From assembly GCA_001642005.1 (NCBI GenBank), contig LWCA01000006.1:1-64000 (forward strand): a stretch of 64,000 nt of DNA, written 5' to 3'. Each line of letters begins with the position of its first letter. Positions within the stretch are counted from its first letter, which is position 1. Origin of the DNA: Intoshia linei (taxonomy: Eukaryota; Animalia; Orthonectida). Shown piece after piece: positions 19,160 to 32,000 of the stretch. Position numbers and translations under genes: made by a program. The notes under the pieces were generated by a model that had not been told where the DNA came from, did not search any database, and saw nothing but the letters and a program-made list of their open reading frames with translations.

Positions 19160-19946
19160 CTATTTTAACATTTTTTTTTGTTTATTTCTCGCTAGTATAT
19201 GATTCCAGCCATTTATAGCTTTTTCCATGTTATTTTTATATCTTTTTTTAGCCAACATTATGATATAAGAAGACGTAAAGTAAAAAGGACAGTCAAATTG
19301 CACTGTATAATTCAACAAAGTTTGAGTTTTTTCTACAGTATTCTTGATTTTCTTTGATAGTTCATTAGTTTTAGCATTTTCTAGAGGGGTATATTTGATT
19401 ATTTCTTTAACTGTCTATGAAAGAAATATTATACATTTATTACAGGGTTCGGCAACTTTTTTAGCAAATAGGTGGCACATTGACGTATATTTATTCGCGG
19501 TTTTGAAAATGTTGAAAAAAGTTTTTTTAATTTTTAATTAAAGGAAAATTATGTAAGTACGAAATGCTAGTAGATAGTTACCGATCTCTGACTTGTACCA
19601 TTAGTTTTGTGCAATCGATATTGTATGTTGTAGAGGTCAAAGCCTTTGAATTTTTATCAACAACCACGTCCTCAATGACGAAACCAGTGTTTTTTATTCG
19701 TAATATACTTTGTATAGGTGTAGGTAGTTTATTAGTTTTTGACAAAATTCTTCGGGTATGCAATCTACCGTCTGAATCTATCTTTGTAGATATAATATCT
19801 TCTGATAATACATGTTTACTACAAAGTATGTAAACAAATAATGTTTATAAATACCTAAATGGATTATTTGGATATCTTTTCCAAAAATTAGATATAACGT
19901 ACGACCAATTGTAGTTTAAAACAGATTTGTATTTTTCCTCTTTCAT
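19160..19946 (-). CDS. PRELID1: PRELI-domain mitochondrial lipid-transfer protein, Ups1/PRELID1-like (exons 19946-19855, 19818-19599, 19414-19160)
   Basis: FWKRYPNNPFSKHVLSEDII...GRLHTRRILSKTNKLP...VIEDVVVD...TYNI matches the PRELID1 signature YPNPYSKHVLTED. Confidence 0.85.
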
Positions 19947-20844
19947 AAATAATAAATAAACTAGTATTAAAATTAACTTAATTTTACTATGGTAAAATTT
20001 TAGACTGAAAACTTTTATAGAGTTGGAAAATACTTAAAAAACCATTTATAAATCAAAATAAGTACAATTGTATAAATGGAAAAAATTATACCAGTCTTTT
20101 GCAACATTTTTGTATTTTCGACCAGTATACTGTCATACCAATGAAATGGGGTAGTTACCAACCTCGTTATTGTACAATAAAATCTTTACTATTGGCCAAT
20201 TGCGTTATTCGCCACCACCTTCAAAATAAACCTAAAAATGTTTTCATGCCTAGGGTCCCCCTGTTAAAATAAAAATTTAAAAAATAGAATTTGTGAATAA
20301 TAATGTGAAATATATTGAGTTATATAGAAAAGATGTCAACATATGTATAATAATGATCGATAATTTATATTACAAACTATAATATACAGCTCCCCTTTCA
20401 TAAAATATTGGATCCCTATTAGTGGTTTTAGTATTTTAAGCTAAATATTATCTGTAATTGTAGTGGTTTTATGATAGAGAAGGTTATTATATCTGAATTT
20501 CGTAGAATCTTGTAGATTTAATGCCCGAATTTAACATTATTATCTAAGAAATGCAAATACATGTGCTCAAAGTAGTTTACTCATATTAAAGTGAAATTAT
20601 AGTTCAGTTGGAACTGTTACTGTAACTTCATTATTACAACAGTAATATAAATAAAATTACCATAAACATATGATAAAGGGACAATACAAAATAATACAGA
20701 ATAAGTAGTCTTGAAAATTGAATTTATCTTAGCAATTTATTTTTTTGACAGAAAAATATTTGATATCTAAAATAAACTTACCTTTAGTTAAATATAAAGA
20801 AAGCCGTAAATTTTTATAATCTTTGCTTCAATATAGATTTGGAC

Positions 20845-22704
20845 ATGTATACTGGTAAAATTATAAATGCATTGGATGCTCTTAAAAAAAGTGTAAAATG
20901 CGGTCCGTCTTTGAATTTTTTTATAGGAAAAAATTTGAAATATGGAGACAGGTATATTTTATATTATATTTAATCTCATACCAACAAGATTAAATTTACC
21001 ACCATGGCTAAAAACAAAAACTACAATACTAAACCCTAAAGTAACAGAAATGAAATCAAAACTAAAAAAATTAAAATTGAATACGGTAATATTTTAATAT
21101 TTGTTGAACAAATTAATATTAGGTTTGCCAAGAAGCTCGTTGCCCTAACATAGACACATGTTGGGGTGCTGAAGATGGTCTCTCAACTGCCACAATAATG
21201 GTTTACATTTATTTATTATTTTTATGTTTCAAAGTTGATGGGACAAACTTGCACGCGAGCTTGTCGGTTTTGTTCAGTCAATACTTCTAAAACCCCTCCA
21301 CCTCTTGATGAATGTGAAATTGAAAATACTGCATTTGCTATTAAATCTTGGGGTGTGGATTACATTGTTATAACCTCAGTTGATCGAGACGGTATGTAAA
21401 ACATTTTTTATATACCTAGACGTAGTATATTTTAAATATAACGGACATTTTTATTTATTAATAATAATTATTTATTGAAGTATGTAATTTTATTCTAAAT
21501 AATCCACATTTCAGTTATCTAAAATCAATTCGATAACATTTTTATGCTAAGAAATTTTTTTATAAGTTAATTCATTAAAAATGAAATGTAAATACCGCAA
21601 CTTTCCAAGAAAATCCAGGTGCATAAAAAGTTAAATGTATCAAGTTTTAGTAACCATGATAGGTCCATTTCTTTTTTAGTTTATTTTTGGTACGCGTAAG
21701 TAATAGGGTTTTCGACCTCTGGTTTATATGAATTATATTGATTTCTCATAACTCATACACTATAATCAAAATTAGATTTGAAAGATGGCGGTTCTGTTCA
21801 TATATCAAAGACAATTAACAAGATTAAAAAATATTCACCTTTTATTCGTGTAGAATGCCTTTCACCGGATTTTGGAGGAAACGAAACTAATTTAAAAAAT
21901 GTTGCATCCTCTAATTTGGATGTATTTGCTCATAACATTGAAACTGTGAAAAATTTAACCAAGTTTGTAGATTTAATTAATCTAATTTTGTAGATTTGTT
22001 AGAGACCCTCGAGCATCCTATATTCAGTCCATGATAGTACTTAAAAACGTGAAACTATTTAATCCTAAACTTATCACTAAATCATCAATAATGCTTGGTT
22101 TAGGAGAAACTGACCAACAAATATATGAAACCCTACATGGTAAATTTTATTTATTATATAAAATAACATGTATATTATAAGAGGCTGGTAAAAAATACGG
22201 TCATTTAGATAAATTGTTAAAAATTATAAATCTATTTTTTATTACATTATAGTTACTATCTTTAAAAAAAATTAAACTGTGCATTTTATCTACGAAATGA
22301 AAAGTTTTAAAAAATAAACGTCTTAGAAATTTATTTAGACTGTTAGTGCAGTGATTTTATCGAAACCTGAAGTATTTCGAATTATAGACTGGAAATATTA
22401 TTGTTTGTTTTATTAATTTTATTAATCGCCATTTAGATCTACGAAAATGCGGAGTAGACTGTGTAACACTAGGTCAATATATGCAACCGAGTAAAAGACA
22501 TTTAAAAGTAAAAGAATATGTTACACCTGAAAAATTTAATTATTGGGAGCGAATAGGTAATGAAATGGGATTCCTATACACCGCATCAGGTCCGCTTGTA
22601 AGAAGTTCTTATAGAGCAGGTAAAAAGTTTATTTAATAATTGTATATAAATGTTTAGGTGAATTCTTCATTAAAAATATTTTACACAAGAGAAATAAATC
22701 ATGA
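20845..22704 (+). CDS. LIAS: Mitochondrial lipoyl synthase (about 8 exons; start approximate)
   Basis: [20 protein letters not shown] (CX4CX5C), CTRACRFC (radical SAM), [31 protein letters not shown] and [13 protein letters not shown]. Confidence 0.97.
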
Positions 22705-22705
22705 A

Positions 22706-22941
22706 TTATGATCCTTTGTTTAAACTCATTATATCATATAAATTATTTGAATTTTTCGTTATGGCTAGAAAATGCTGCAATAGGTGACATCTATATTCTG
22801 ATAATTTACATATGTTTGAATTTTCTGTATTGATATTAAGTGTAGAAAATATGTCTTTTATTTCTGAATTGAAATTTAATCCTTTACTGTTGACGTGTTC
22901 CGTAAAATGTATAGGTTTATATTTTTTATAATTTTTTTCGT
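22706..22941 (-). CDS. Possible terminal exon of an unidentified gene convergent on LIAS
   Basis: About 78 open codons after a TTTTTAG acceptor (EKNYKKYKPIHFTEHV...SLNKGS*). A phase-compatible GT donor lies near 22988. No recognisable homology. Confidence 0.3.
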
Positions 22942-23539
22942 CTAAAAAATACAGTTAAATTTATAATTACAAAATATATATAACATACTTATTAAGTATA
23001 ATAAGATATAATATTTATTTATTGTTTTAAGCCTTTTGAACACAAAATTCACATGATTATAATTATTAAGGGGGCAATTTATGTAACGCAGACTTGAAAA
23101 AATAGATTTAGATTGATGTATTTCAGTGGTACCCGATTCAAATAAAATTTTATAAATATTTTTATCAACTTTTATTTATTTTTAATATTTATAACAGAAT
23201 TGCCAGTTGTTGGGAATTTATCCAAAGCCTAGACGACCGCTACATTATTATTTCAAAAATCCCACTTTTATCCACCATTAACACTTAAACGCATAACGTA
23301 TTGTAAATCTACAAGCCAATTTCCTTTGATGTATTTTATTAGTATAATAAAACTTAGTGATAAAATCTATAGTGATCAATTTTAATATCACTCATTATAT
23401 AAATTTATTAAGATTTGTAAAAAATCTTTACGCATTTTAAATTATTTATTTCAACAAACTCTTCAATCATTTATCGGTAAATAACTAAATTAATAATAAA
23501 AATAATTAATTCATTAATAGAAATTTTATCTCAAAATAA

Positions 23540-24230
23540 ATGAAAATAATGATAAAAGTAGTAAAAGCTGTGATAGCGAATATTCTGACGCTAGCACAGA
23601 TTATATGTCAGAAAATGAATATTTTATATCAAAAACTGATACTATTTGGTCCAATAAACCAATCCCACGCCAAACATTACAATTTATAGAACATGTAAAC
23701 ATCAGAACATATGAATCTAGAGTAGGCTACTTTATGAAATTTATTGATCAAAAAGTGTTGGATATTATAATGAAATGTACAAATGACCGAGCAAATTTCT
23801 TACATTTAAAATTTTCTAATATAGACAGTAGAGAATTGAAAGCATTCATTGGACTTTTGATTATGTCGGGATTATGCAAAAGTAGTAAGGAAAATGCTAC
23901 CATGATGTGGAAATGTGGGCCTCTTGGGAGAAACGTATTCAGAGCAACGATGTCTTTAAATAGATTTAGGGACATTTCAACAAATTTAAGATTTGATGAT
24001 GTACAAACAAGAAATAAAAATGATAAATTTACTGCGTTTCGTAATATATGGGAGCTATTTATTGAAAATTGTCGAAAATCATTTATACCTGGTGAAAATG
24101 TTGTAATTGACGAACAACTTATTCCATTTAGAGGTCGTGTAAAATTTTAGTGTGTATATGCCAATGAAACCAGCACGCTACGGAATGAAATTGTTTTTAA
24201 TTGTCGATTCTGCTACAAAATATACATTTG
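23540..24230 (+). mobile_element. piggyBac (PGBD4-like) transposase pseudogene
   Basis: ELKAFIGLLIMSG, FRATMSLNRF, LRFDD and IDEQLIPFRGR, then a stop/frameshift before YMPMKPARYGMK. Confidence 0.92.
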
Positions 24231-24244
24231 ACGGACGTTAAAAT

Positions 24245-24665
24245 GAAAATTCTAGTTTTACCAAACCTTACGGAAAAATCCAGTTTTACCAACTTTAAAA
24301 GAAAAAATCTAGTTTTACCAATCATAAAAGGAAAATTTAAAATTTACCAAACCTTAAGGGAAAAATGCCTATTTTACCAATCCTAAAAAGACAAATCTAA
24401 TTTTATCTACCCTTACGGAAAAATCCAGTTTTACCAAACCTTTAGGGAAAATTTCATTTTTATCAAACCCTATGTAAAAAATCCACTTTTACCAACCCTT
24501 TAGGAAAATTTCAATTTTACCAACGCTTTAAGAAAAATTGAATATTACCAATCTTAAATGAAAAATTCTAGTTTTACCAAGCCTTAAGGGAAAATCCAAG
24601 TTTACTAACTCTTTAGAGGAAAGTCTATTTTTACTTACCTTAAAAGGAAAAATCCAGTTTATTAA
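24245..24665 (+). repeat. Degenerate ~29-bp tandem repeat (about 14 units, TTTTACCAAACCTTAAGGGAAAAATCCAG-like)
   Basis: Unit starts at about 24256, 24284, 24313, 24342 and 24372. Reverse-complement arrays occur at 34320-34460, 38820-38960 and 57950-58145. Confidence 0.85.
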
Positions 24666-24889
24666 AAAATTAATATTAAATTAATTACAAAATTAAAAAA
24701 AATTATTCATGGATTTTTCGGTCCATGAAATATTTGATATTTTCTGTATTATATGTTTTTAGTTGTCTTTTTTGCTTTCTAGGTGTTTTTATTAAGGTTG
24801 GTAAAAATGGATTTTTTCCTTGAGGTTGATAAATTTTGATTTTTAGTAAAAATGGTTGGATTTAAGTAAGAATATTCTTAAAAACTATT

Positions 24890-25445
24890 AATCCTGACAA
24901 TTTAAAATACTCCCGAAAAAATTTGATTCGATTAAAGAATGACATAATTGTTCGTTTTAATGATGTTATTGAAATGGAAATAGAAACCTGAATGATCAAT
25001 TTATTTATTACTGATATAACTAGCTGTCATAAAATATCAACAAGAATTGTTAGAATTAACAAATAATGAAACATCTTTTGTATTTTTTAATGAAGGTGGA
25101 TTCATAAAAATGTGACAGATGTGCAATACCAAATTGATATATAAAATGTGGAACAAAATAGAATTTTTATTTTTAGCGTTCCCGTCAACATTCTCTGTAA
25201 AATCTTTTTTCAGTTTAGCTGTAAATATACTCACTAAGAAGAGAACTCGATTAAATATTTTAATAGTTAGACCTGTGATTTAATCAATCCTATTTGAAAC
25301 AGTATATAAAAAAGTTTCGAATACTATGTAAATTAGACAATCAAAAAGTTATCTATCCAATTTTAAAGTCTGTTGAATAAATTGTATTATTTATCTATGG
25401 ATGCAATATCATTTTTTAAGGGGCATTAGCCTAAAAAAGTTGAGT
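24890..25445 (+). mobile_element. hAT (ZBED/SCAND3-like) transposase C-terminal remnant
   Basis: FLAFPSTFSVKSFFSLAVNILTKKRTRLNI; paralogous to 425-975. Confidence 0.7.
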
Positions 25446-26040
25446 AACCCTGCGTTAGATGTTACGTTATTACGTCATTATAGTGTTTAAAATGTTTAAT
25501 TCATTGACAAATTGATAAAAATCAAGTGTTAAGACTCGGACTAGTTGAGTGTGGGGTCCATGGATTAAAGATTGATAACCTTCAATATAATTAGAATACA
25601 GACATTTTTTTGATATAAATGTCTGATTAAATATAAAAATGAATTAGTGTATATGTATTGATTAAATAATAATGCAAAGTTTAAAATGCTGGTTGCAAAG
25701 CGCTTTAGATACAGGAATAGACTAAAACATCAGATTACTCATTTTAAAATTTTGGATATTTTTTAAGATACTTGGTTTAGCGATATAGTGAAAATTAAAC
25801 ACTTTATTTGATTTTTTAGAACAAAACCGATTAATATTATATTTCTGCATATCAGCAATTCAGCATTTGATTTGTACAACACACACGAGTAGGAAAATAT
25901 ATAAATAGGTAATACTAATATTTATGTCATATATTGTTTATTCATTTACCAATAAACATACACACGACACATTTTTAAATGTTTAGATTTGTATAATGGA
26001 TTTTTAGAAAGTTACATTATTTACCTATACATATTTAAAT

Positions 26041-29000
26041 ATGGACGTTAAAATTGTTTCTAATGTTAACCAAGAAAAAATTGACAAGGAAGATGACAGT
26101 TTTAACCAAACCTACAAAAACCTCAGCTCTGTCAGAGAAATCCCACAAAATGTGTCAATTATTTTTGAGAGGTCTAGGATAAAAGCTCTAGCAGGTATTT
26201 TTAGTTTTGATTGGGGTTTCAAGTTTTAATTAGGAGAACGAGAAAAAGTTCAAAAAAAAACTTTCACTAAATGGATAAATTTGCATTTAAATAGAATAGG
26301 GTATCGAATGATTGATTTGTATGTAGACATTCAAGATGGACGATTATTATTAAAATTATTGGAAGTATTATCTGGAGACAAATTGGTATTTAACTTTTCG
26401 TGAACAATTAATTATTTTATCCAGTATTGATTCATATTTTTCCTCTCACTTAAAGTTTAAACTGTTTTTAGCCCAAACCGACTAAAGGAAATATGAGAAT
26501 ACATTGTCTAGAAAATGTTGACAAGTGTTTGTCTTTTTTAATTTACAAAAGGTAATTTATAAATTCATGCGGTAATGTTTATTTATTGCAATTTATATTA
26601 TTTACGCATCATGTAATTTTATATAAATTTGTTTAAAATAAGATTACATTTCAAAAATAAACGGGTAATGACGTTTATACATATGTCTTATTTTTACATC
26701 TTTATTGAAATTATATATCGATATACTACAATGTAGATTTTACATTAATTATTTGTATATTGATTTTTAAAATATCTTTAAAAATTTTCTAAAAAATATG
26801 GATCATCTATTCCAGTTATAATACACATTGGATACCTTTTTGATTCTAGTTTAATTTGTCGCTAATGGAATTTTTAATTAAAATAATGAATAATTAAGGT
26901 TTCGTTTTGTATGTTTTTGAATTGGGTAATCGTACATACTAAAATTATTAAATTTATGTTTGATTTTTGATTATTACATTTCTCGCAAATTATTCAAGTA
27001 CAGTTAGTAATTTATGTAAAATTAAAAAATGAAGGGAGAATCATAAAAATATACACAAAAATAAAATTTTTTCCATTAAATATTTAATTATGATTAAAAT
27101 TTAAAATGTATGCCTACAGTTTAAATAAAGTCTTAATATATTTATTGTTATAATATTGCATATGCATTATTGAGCATTGATTATTTTAATTTTATTATGT
27201 CATTAAATTATAAAACCCCCAAATAACGGAATTTGTATACTTGAAAAAAATGCGTTTTTTTCGTTGACGAGGAATCTCATTAATCAGGACATAGAAATTG
27301 AAATGTTGTTTTTACTTTAATCATTCACTTCAACTGTGGTTTGAGACTATTTGTAATATAGGCAATGATATATTTTAATGTTTTACAATTTAAATTGTCG
27401 ATATTGTAATTAGAAACGAAATTGAAAATGTTTACATGTATCAAATGTCACATAATACTAAATTTGATAACTTTTTAATTTAAAATTATGTAAAAGTGAT
27501 ATAAGTTATAATTTATAATTATTATTTTTTAATTATATATTCGATTTTAATTCTTTTGACGTTTTTTTTGAATTTATAATAACTTGAAGATTTTAGTATT
27601 ATTAATCTTAAATTTTTTTTTAAGTTTTATCAATTACAAACCCTTCAAAAATATGTTTATATGCTTGCGTTGGTGAACTAATGTAATAATTCTCAACTCT
27701 TTTTGTGGAAAGAGCGTCAACGCCAACTAGAAATTGGAAAATAGATCTAAAATATTTTTTCGTAAAGATGCGTAGTGTCATATAGCCTCTAGCCACCTAT
27801 CTAATGATCTTGGCTTGACATTTTAAATTTAATTCCCAACATGGTTATCAATCATCTTATGATATTCATGAATAAATTTTTTTAATGCTTAATAAAAATG
27901 ACACCACAATATTACTAAAATTTATACGAGACTCCGAAGAGGTCTCGCTACAGTAAATTCGGTAATAGCGAACTCCTTCAATTTTTTCAATTAAATTTAA
28001 ATTTCTTGAGTTACCGTAAAATTGACTTAAATGTTTATAAAATAGAGATTAATTCAGAAAGAAATTTTTTTTGAACACTGAGGATTTTATGGGTGACCGG
28101 TTGAGAAGCACTGCAATATTCAGTACTACTTAAATGTGATTTCAAATTTTTTTCCTGTTTTAGTAGTTGCAATGATGAAAAAATTTAATTACATGGTTTT
28201 ACACTGAATCTGTTTCTTTTAATTTAATTTTTTAAAGGTGTGTTAAAAAAGTCAAATGTGTATTTTTAACACAAAAACACACTTTTTACCATCACTGGTG
28301 TGGGATATGGCTAATGATTATGATTTCCAAGGAATTTGGTCCCGGTTTTTTTCTTAATTATACTCAATAGCTGTGGTCCAGTTCGTAAAATCCCTTTAGG
28401 ATTGGCGTTGTCTGCAATTTTACAGTCAAAATAAAATTAAAAAATGCATTAAAGTTTAACTTAAACTACACATGTATTTATGATAAATTTTTTTTAATTA
28501 TTGATATTTGAATCAATTAAATGTTAAATCCTAAAAATAAATATCTGGATTGAATCATTAATTTTAACCTTAGTTATTAATAATGATAAAAGTATTGTAA
28601 AGATGATTTATAAATATTGCGCATTAAGGATTAACCTGTATTATAAGATTAAAATGTTATAACATTGCGCAGTGTATAGTATGCATTATATAAAATTGTT
28701 CAGTATATATTTTTTACAATCAATATGAATGTATCAATGATTTAAACTGATTGGGCGAACGTTTAACATGATATATTCAATAATATGAACTATTACATAA
28801 AATTATAAAATAATTTCTAATAATTTTTCCGATACTGTATATTGATTTTTATATTGTTTTTTTATTTGTTGTTAAATTATAAACGTGAATAAGATTAAAG
28901 TTTTAATCACAAATACAATAATCTTAAAAAAACTGTAATAGTATGTAATTGCTTGTTATATACGTTAGAAGTGTTTTTATCAAGATATAATGTTATTACA

Positions 29001-32000
29001 AAATGGTCAACTTGTTATTTTTTACGCCTTATCACATAGTAAATTTATATAATACTGTAAATTCTGACTTTAAAGCAGATAATAAATTTATTTGATTATA
29101 ATTATAAAATAATATTTAAAAAATTATGTACTTTTATTGTATGTACGACGTCCGTATACTGAATTTGTTACGTCCATTATTATCTGGTTGGACGTCACTT
29201 TATAATACACATTAATTTTGATTCATATTACAATGGTTTCAAATGGTGATGCTCGGAAAATTTTTCAAAATAATATGACTCGCCACGTATGTAAGTTTGA
29301 CATGGATGTGGTACAGACTGTAGTGTTAATATTTCCGAAGAAACCATTGATATGCAGTTGTGGACAAAAAAAGTGAAAGTAGAGTTAGAAAAGTTTAATT
29401 AATTATTTAATTATTTGTACTTTCTCCATGGCCCTAAAACACATCTAGAACTTTTGAATATACATGTAATGTACTTATAGCAAGATTTTTGGTAGTTCTG
29501 TGAACATTTCTTTAAGCTTCAATATATTTGTAGGGCATTTTTCCCTAATTTTTCTCTTCATAAGTGCTAATAACGTTTCAATTGGGTTAAGATTAGGACT
29601 TTGAGCTGTCCATGGCAATAATTCTATATTATTATTTATGAAATATTGCTTCGAAAATCTAATTATATGACAGGAAGCACCGCGTCCTGTTGGAACACAT
29701 AATCGAATAAGTTTATCATTTAGAGGCCCTTTGGAGACTAATGCTGAGAATATTTATGTATTCACTTGAATTTATGGTTTTATCCACAATTTTTAACTTT
29801 CCAGCCCTTTTGTACGAAAAACAACCCCATACATTACACTACCAAATCAAAAATTTTTTTAGGTTCTATATTTTTTTGTGCTGTCTTTGTTTTTTTCCAT
29901 ACTACTAAAAACATGTAACATTATTTTTGATTCATCCGACCAAATAACTTTTTTCCAAAATTCGTTGGGTTTTACAATAAATGATAAAGATAGATTGTTT
30001 CGCTTAAGCCTATTATTTTCGGAAATATAAGATGACTTTATTGAGAAACATATATTAAATCCAATTGCTTATAATATCTCTTAACACTTCTTGAAGAAAT
30101 ATCAATATTAAAATCTGTTTTACCTGATAGCATATTTTAACTGAATTTGTTTTTTTTCCATTCAATAATATTGATCATGATGATTTATTTTGGAGGATAA
30201 TTTCAAAGTTAATTTTGAAGATCTACTGGAATAATATTTACGCGCCAGCTTACCGCCTTTCTCATATTTTTTTAGCCATTTTATTCACACCATTAAGAGA
30301 ATATATCAGGTTATTATATATTCGTTTTTGATATTTTCGTTTGTGTCGTTCCTGTGACCCACATGCCAATGACTCTTTCCTGATTTATTTTAGAGTATTT
30401 TTAAATTAGAATATTCAAATTTTAATGACTGATAAATGAAATTTCACTTTTTTTTGACAAGGGTCATGGAATAGTATTGACTAATTGTTCAAAATAAATA
30501 TGGCATATACCTAAATTGCTGAGCAGCTTCATTATTATATCAATACTTTTTTCTGTTATATTAATTAAAAACTTCCTTATGCTTTATTTTAAACTTTTAC
30601 TTTTTTTTGTTCACAACTGTATACAAAAAATCATTCAGCGGCCAACGGGACCATAAAATTAACGCTTATATTTGCGGTCTTTTATTAATCTTATCAAGAT
30701 GCGAAATAAATATATAAACACGTAATGCGGCTCTTCTATTATAATAGAAGAGCCGCATTAAATAATTATAGAAGAATTATGTTTCATATTAATTTTATTC
30801 TTAGAGTTCACCTTGAAAACATTGGTGCAATAGACATTGTTGACGGAAATAATACGATAACATTAGGTTTAATATGGACAATAATTCTAAGATTTCAGGT
30901 ATACTATTTATTTTATTGTATATTTAACGTCAAATTTCTGGCTACCTTGATTATTCTGTCAGCTTGTTGCAATTGATGTGTAATTGACATTTTATAATTT
31001 ACTTGTCATCATTTTTGGTAAAATTAACCCGAATAACTAATATGATTCACACATCTTTTAAAAGTAGTTGACTTTTATGTAGCATGAATTAAGTTTTTGA
31101 ATTCATTATTGATTTATTTTGTCATAAGTTTTTTCGATATTATCAGATTCGCTCCATCCAAGACATACGTTTATATATTTTAGGTGTATGCATACTTTAT
31201 AAAGCAATATACAGTACATTAGTTGATTTATAAGGTTTTTATAAAATTTTTAGTTGATTGGATTAGGTGTTATTTTTAGGCAAAATTAAATTGTAAATCC
31301 TTGAGTTTTAAATAACTAGACAAGAATTCATTTTTTTCAGGAAGTTATGTTACTATACCAAAAATTTTTAATTTTAAAATAGGTATTCTCTACAGATAGG
31401 TAATTATAGAATAATTTATTAAATGTTATATTTTCATTTCATTTCCTATGTTCATTAGATTTGTATATCTTAAAGACTTTCGAGCATATTTAATCTAGTT
31501 TAATCTCCTCAACACGATCCAAATGAAAACATTAGTGTTTTATTTTAAAATGTATTAATGATGTAAAAAATTAACCTAGTAGTAAACTGTGTATGCTCGT
31601 TACTATTTGGTCAGAATATATAAAAGTATATAAAACTTTGAATTACACAAACTAATCGATAATTTAGTTTGAATTGATATCTACAATTATTAATGTGTTT
31701 AGATCCAAGAAATAAAAATTGAAATGGAATCTAGTGAAACAAAGAACGCTAAAGACGCTCTTCTATTATGGTGCCAAATAAAAACTGCACCTTACAAAAA
31801 TGTAAATGTAAATAATTTTACCAGTAGTTGGAGAAATGGATTGGCATTTTCTGCTCTTATACATCGCCACAGGTACAATTTCAGCTAGTAATAAGGCCAA
31901 TTTAATTTATTAATGTAGTTGTAGTAGATGTAAGTTTATTATTATAATAACTAAATATAGACCCGATTTGATTGACTATAATAATTTGAACAAAGAAAGA

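Noticed and set aside
18463-22704. MTHFS-PRELID1-LIAS as a functional mitochondrial/one-carbon gene cluster
   Set aside because: Three housekeeping neighbours in mixed orientation can arise by chance; no shared regulatory motif was seen.
24245-24665. Regularly spaced ~29-bp repeats resembling a CRISPR array
   Set aside because: Units are head-to-tail and degenerate with no unique spacers, the context is eukaryotic, and there are no cas genes.
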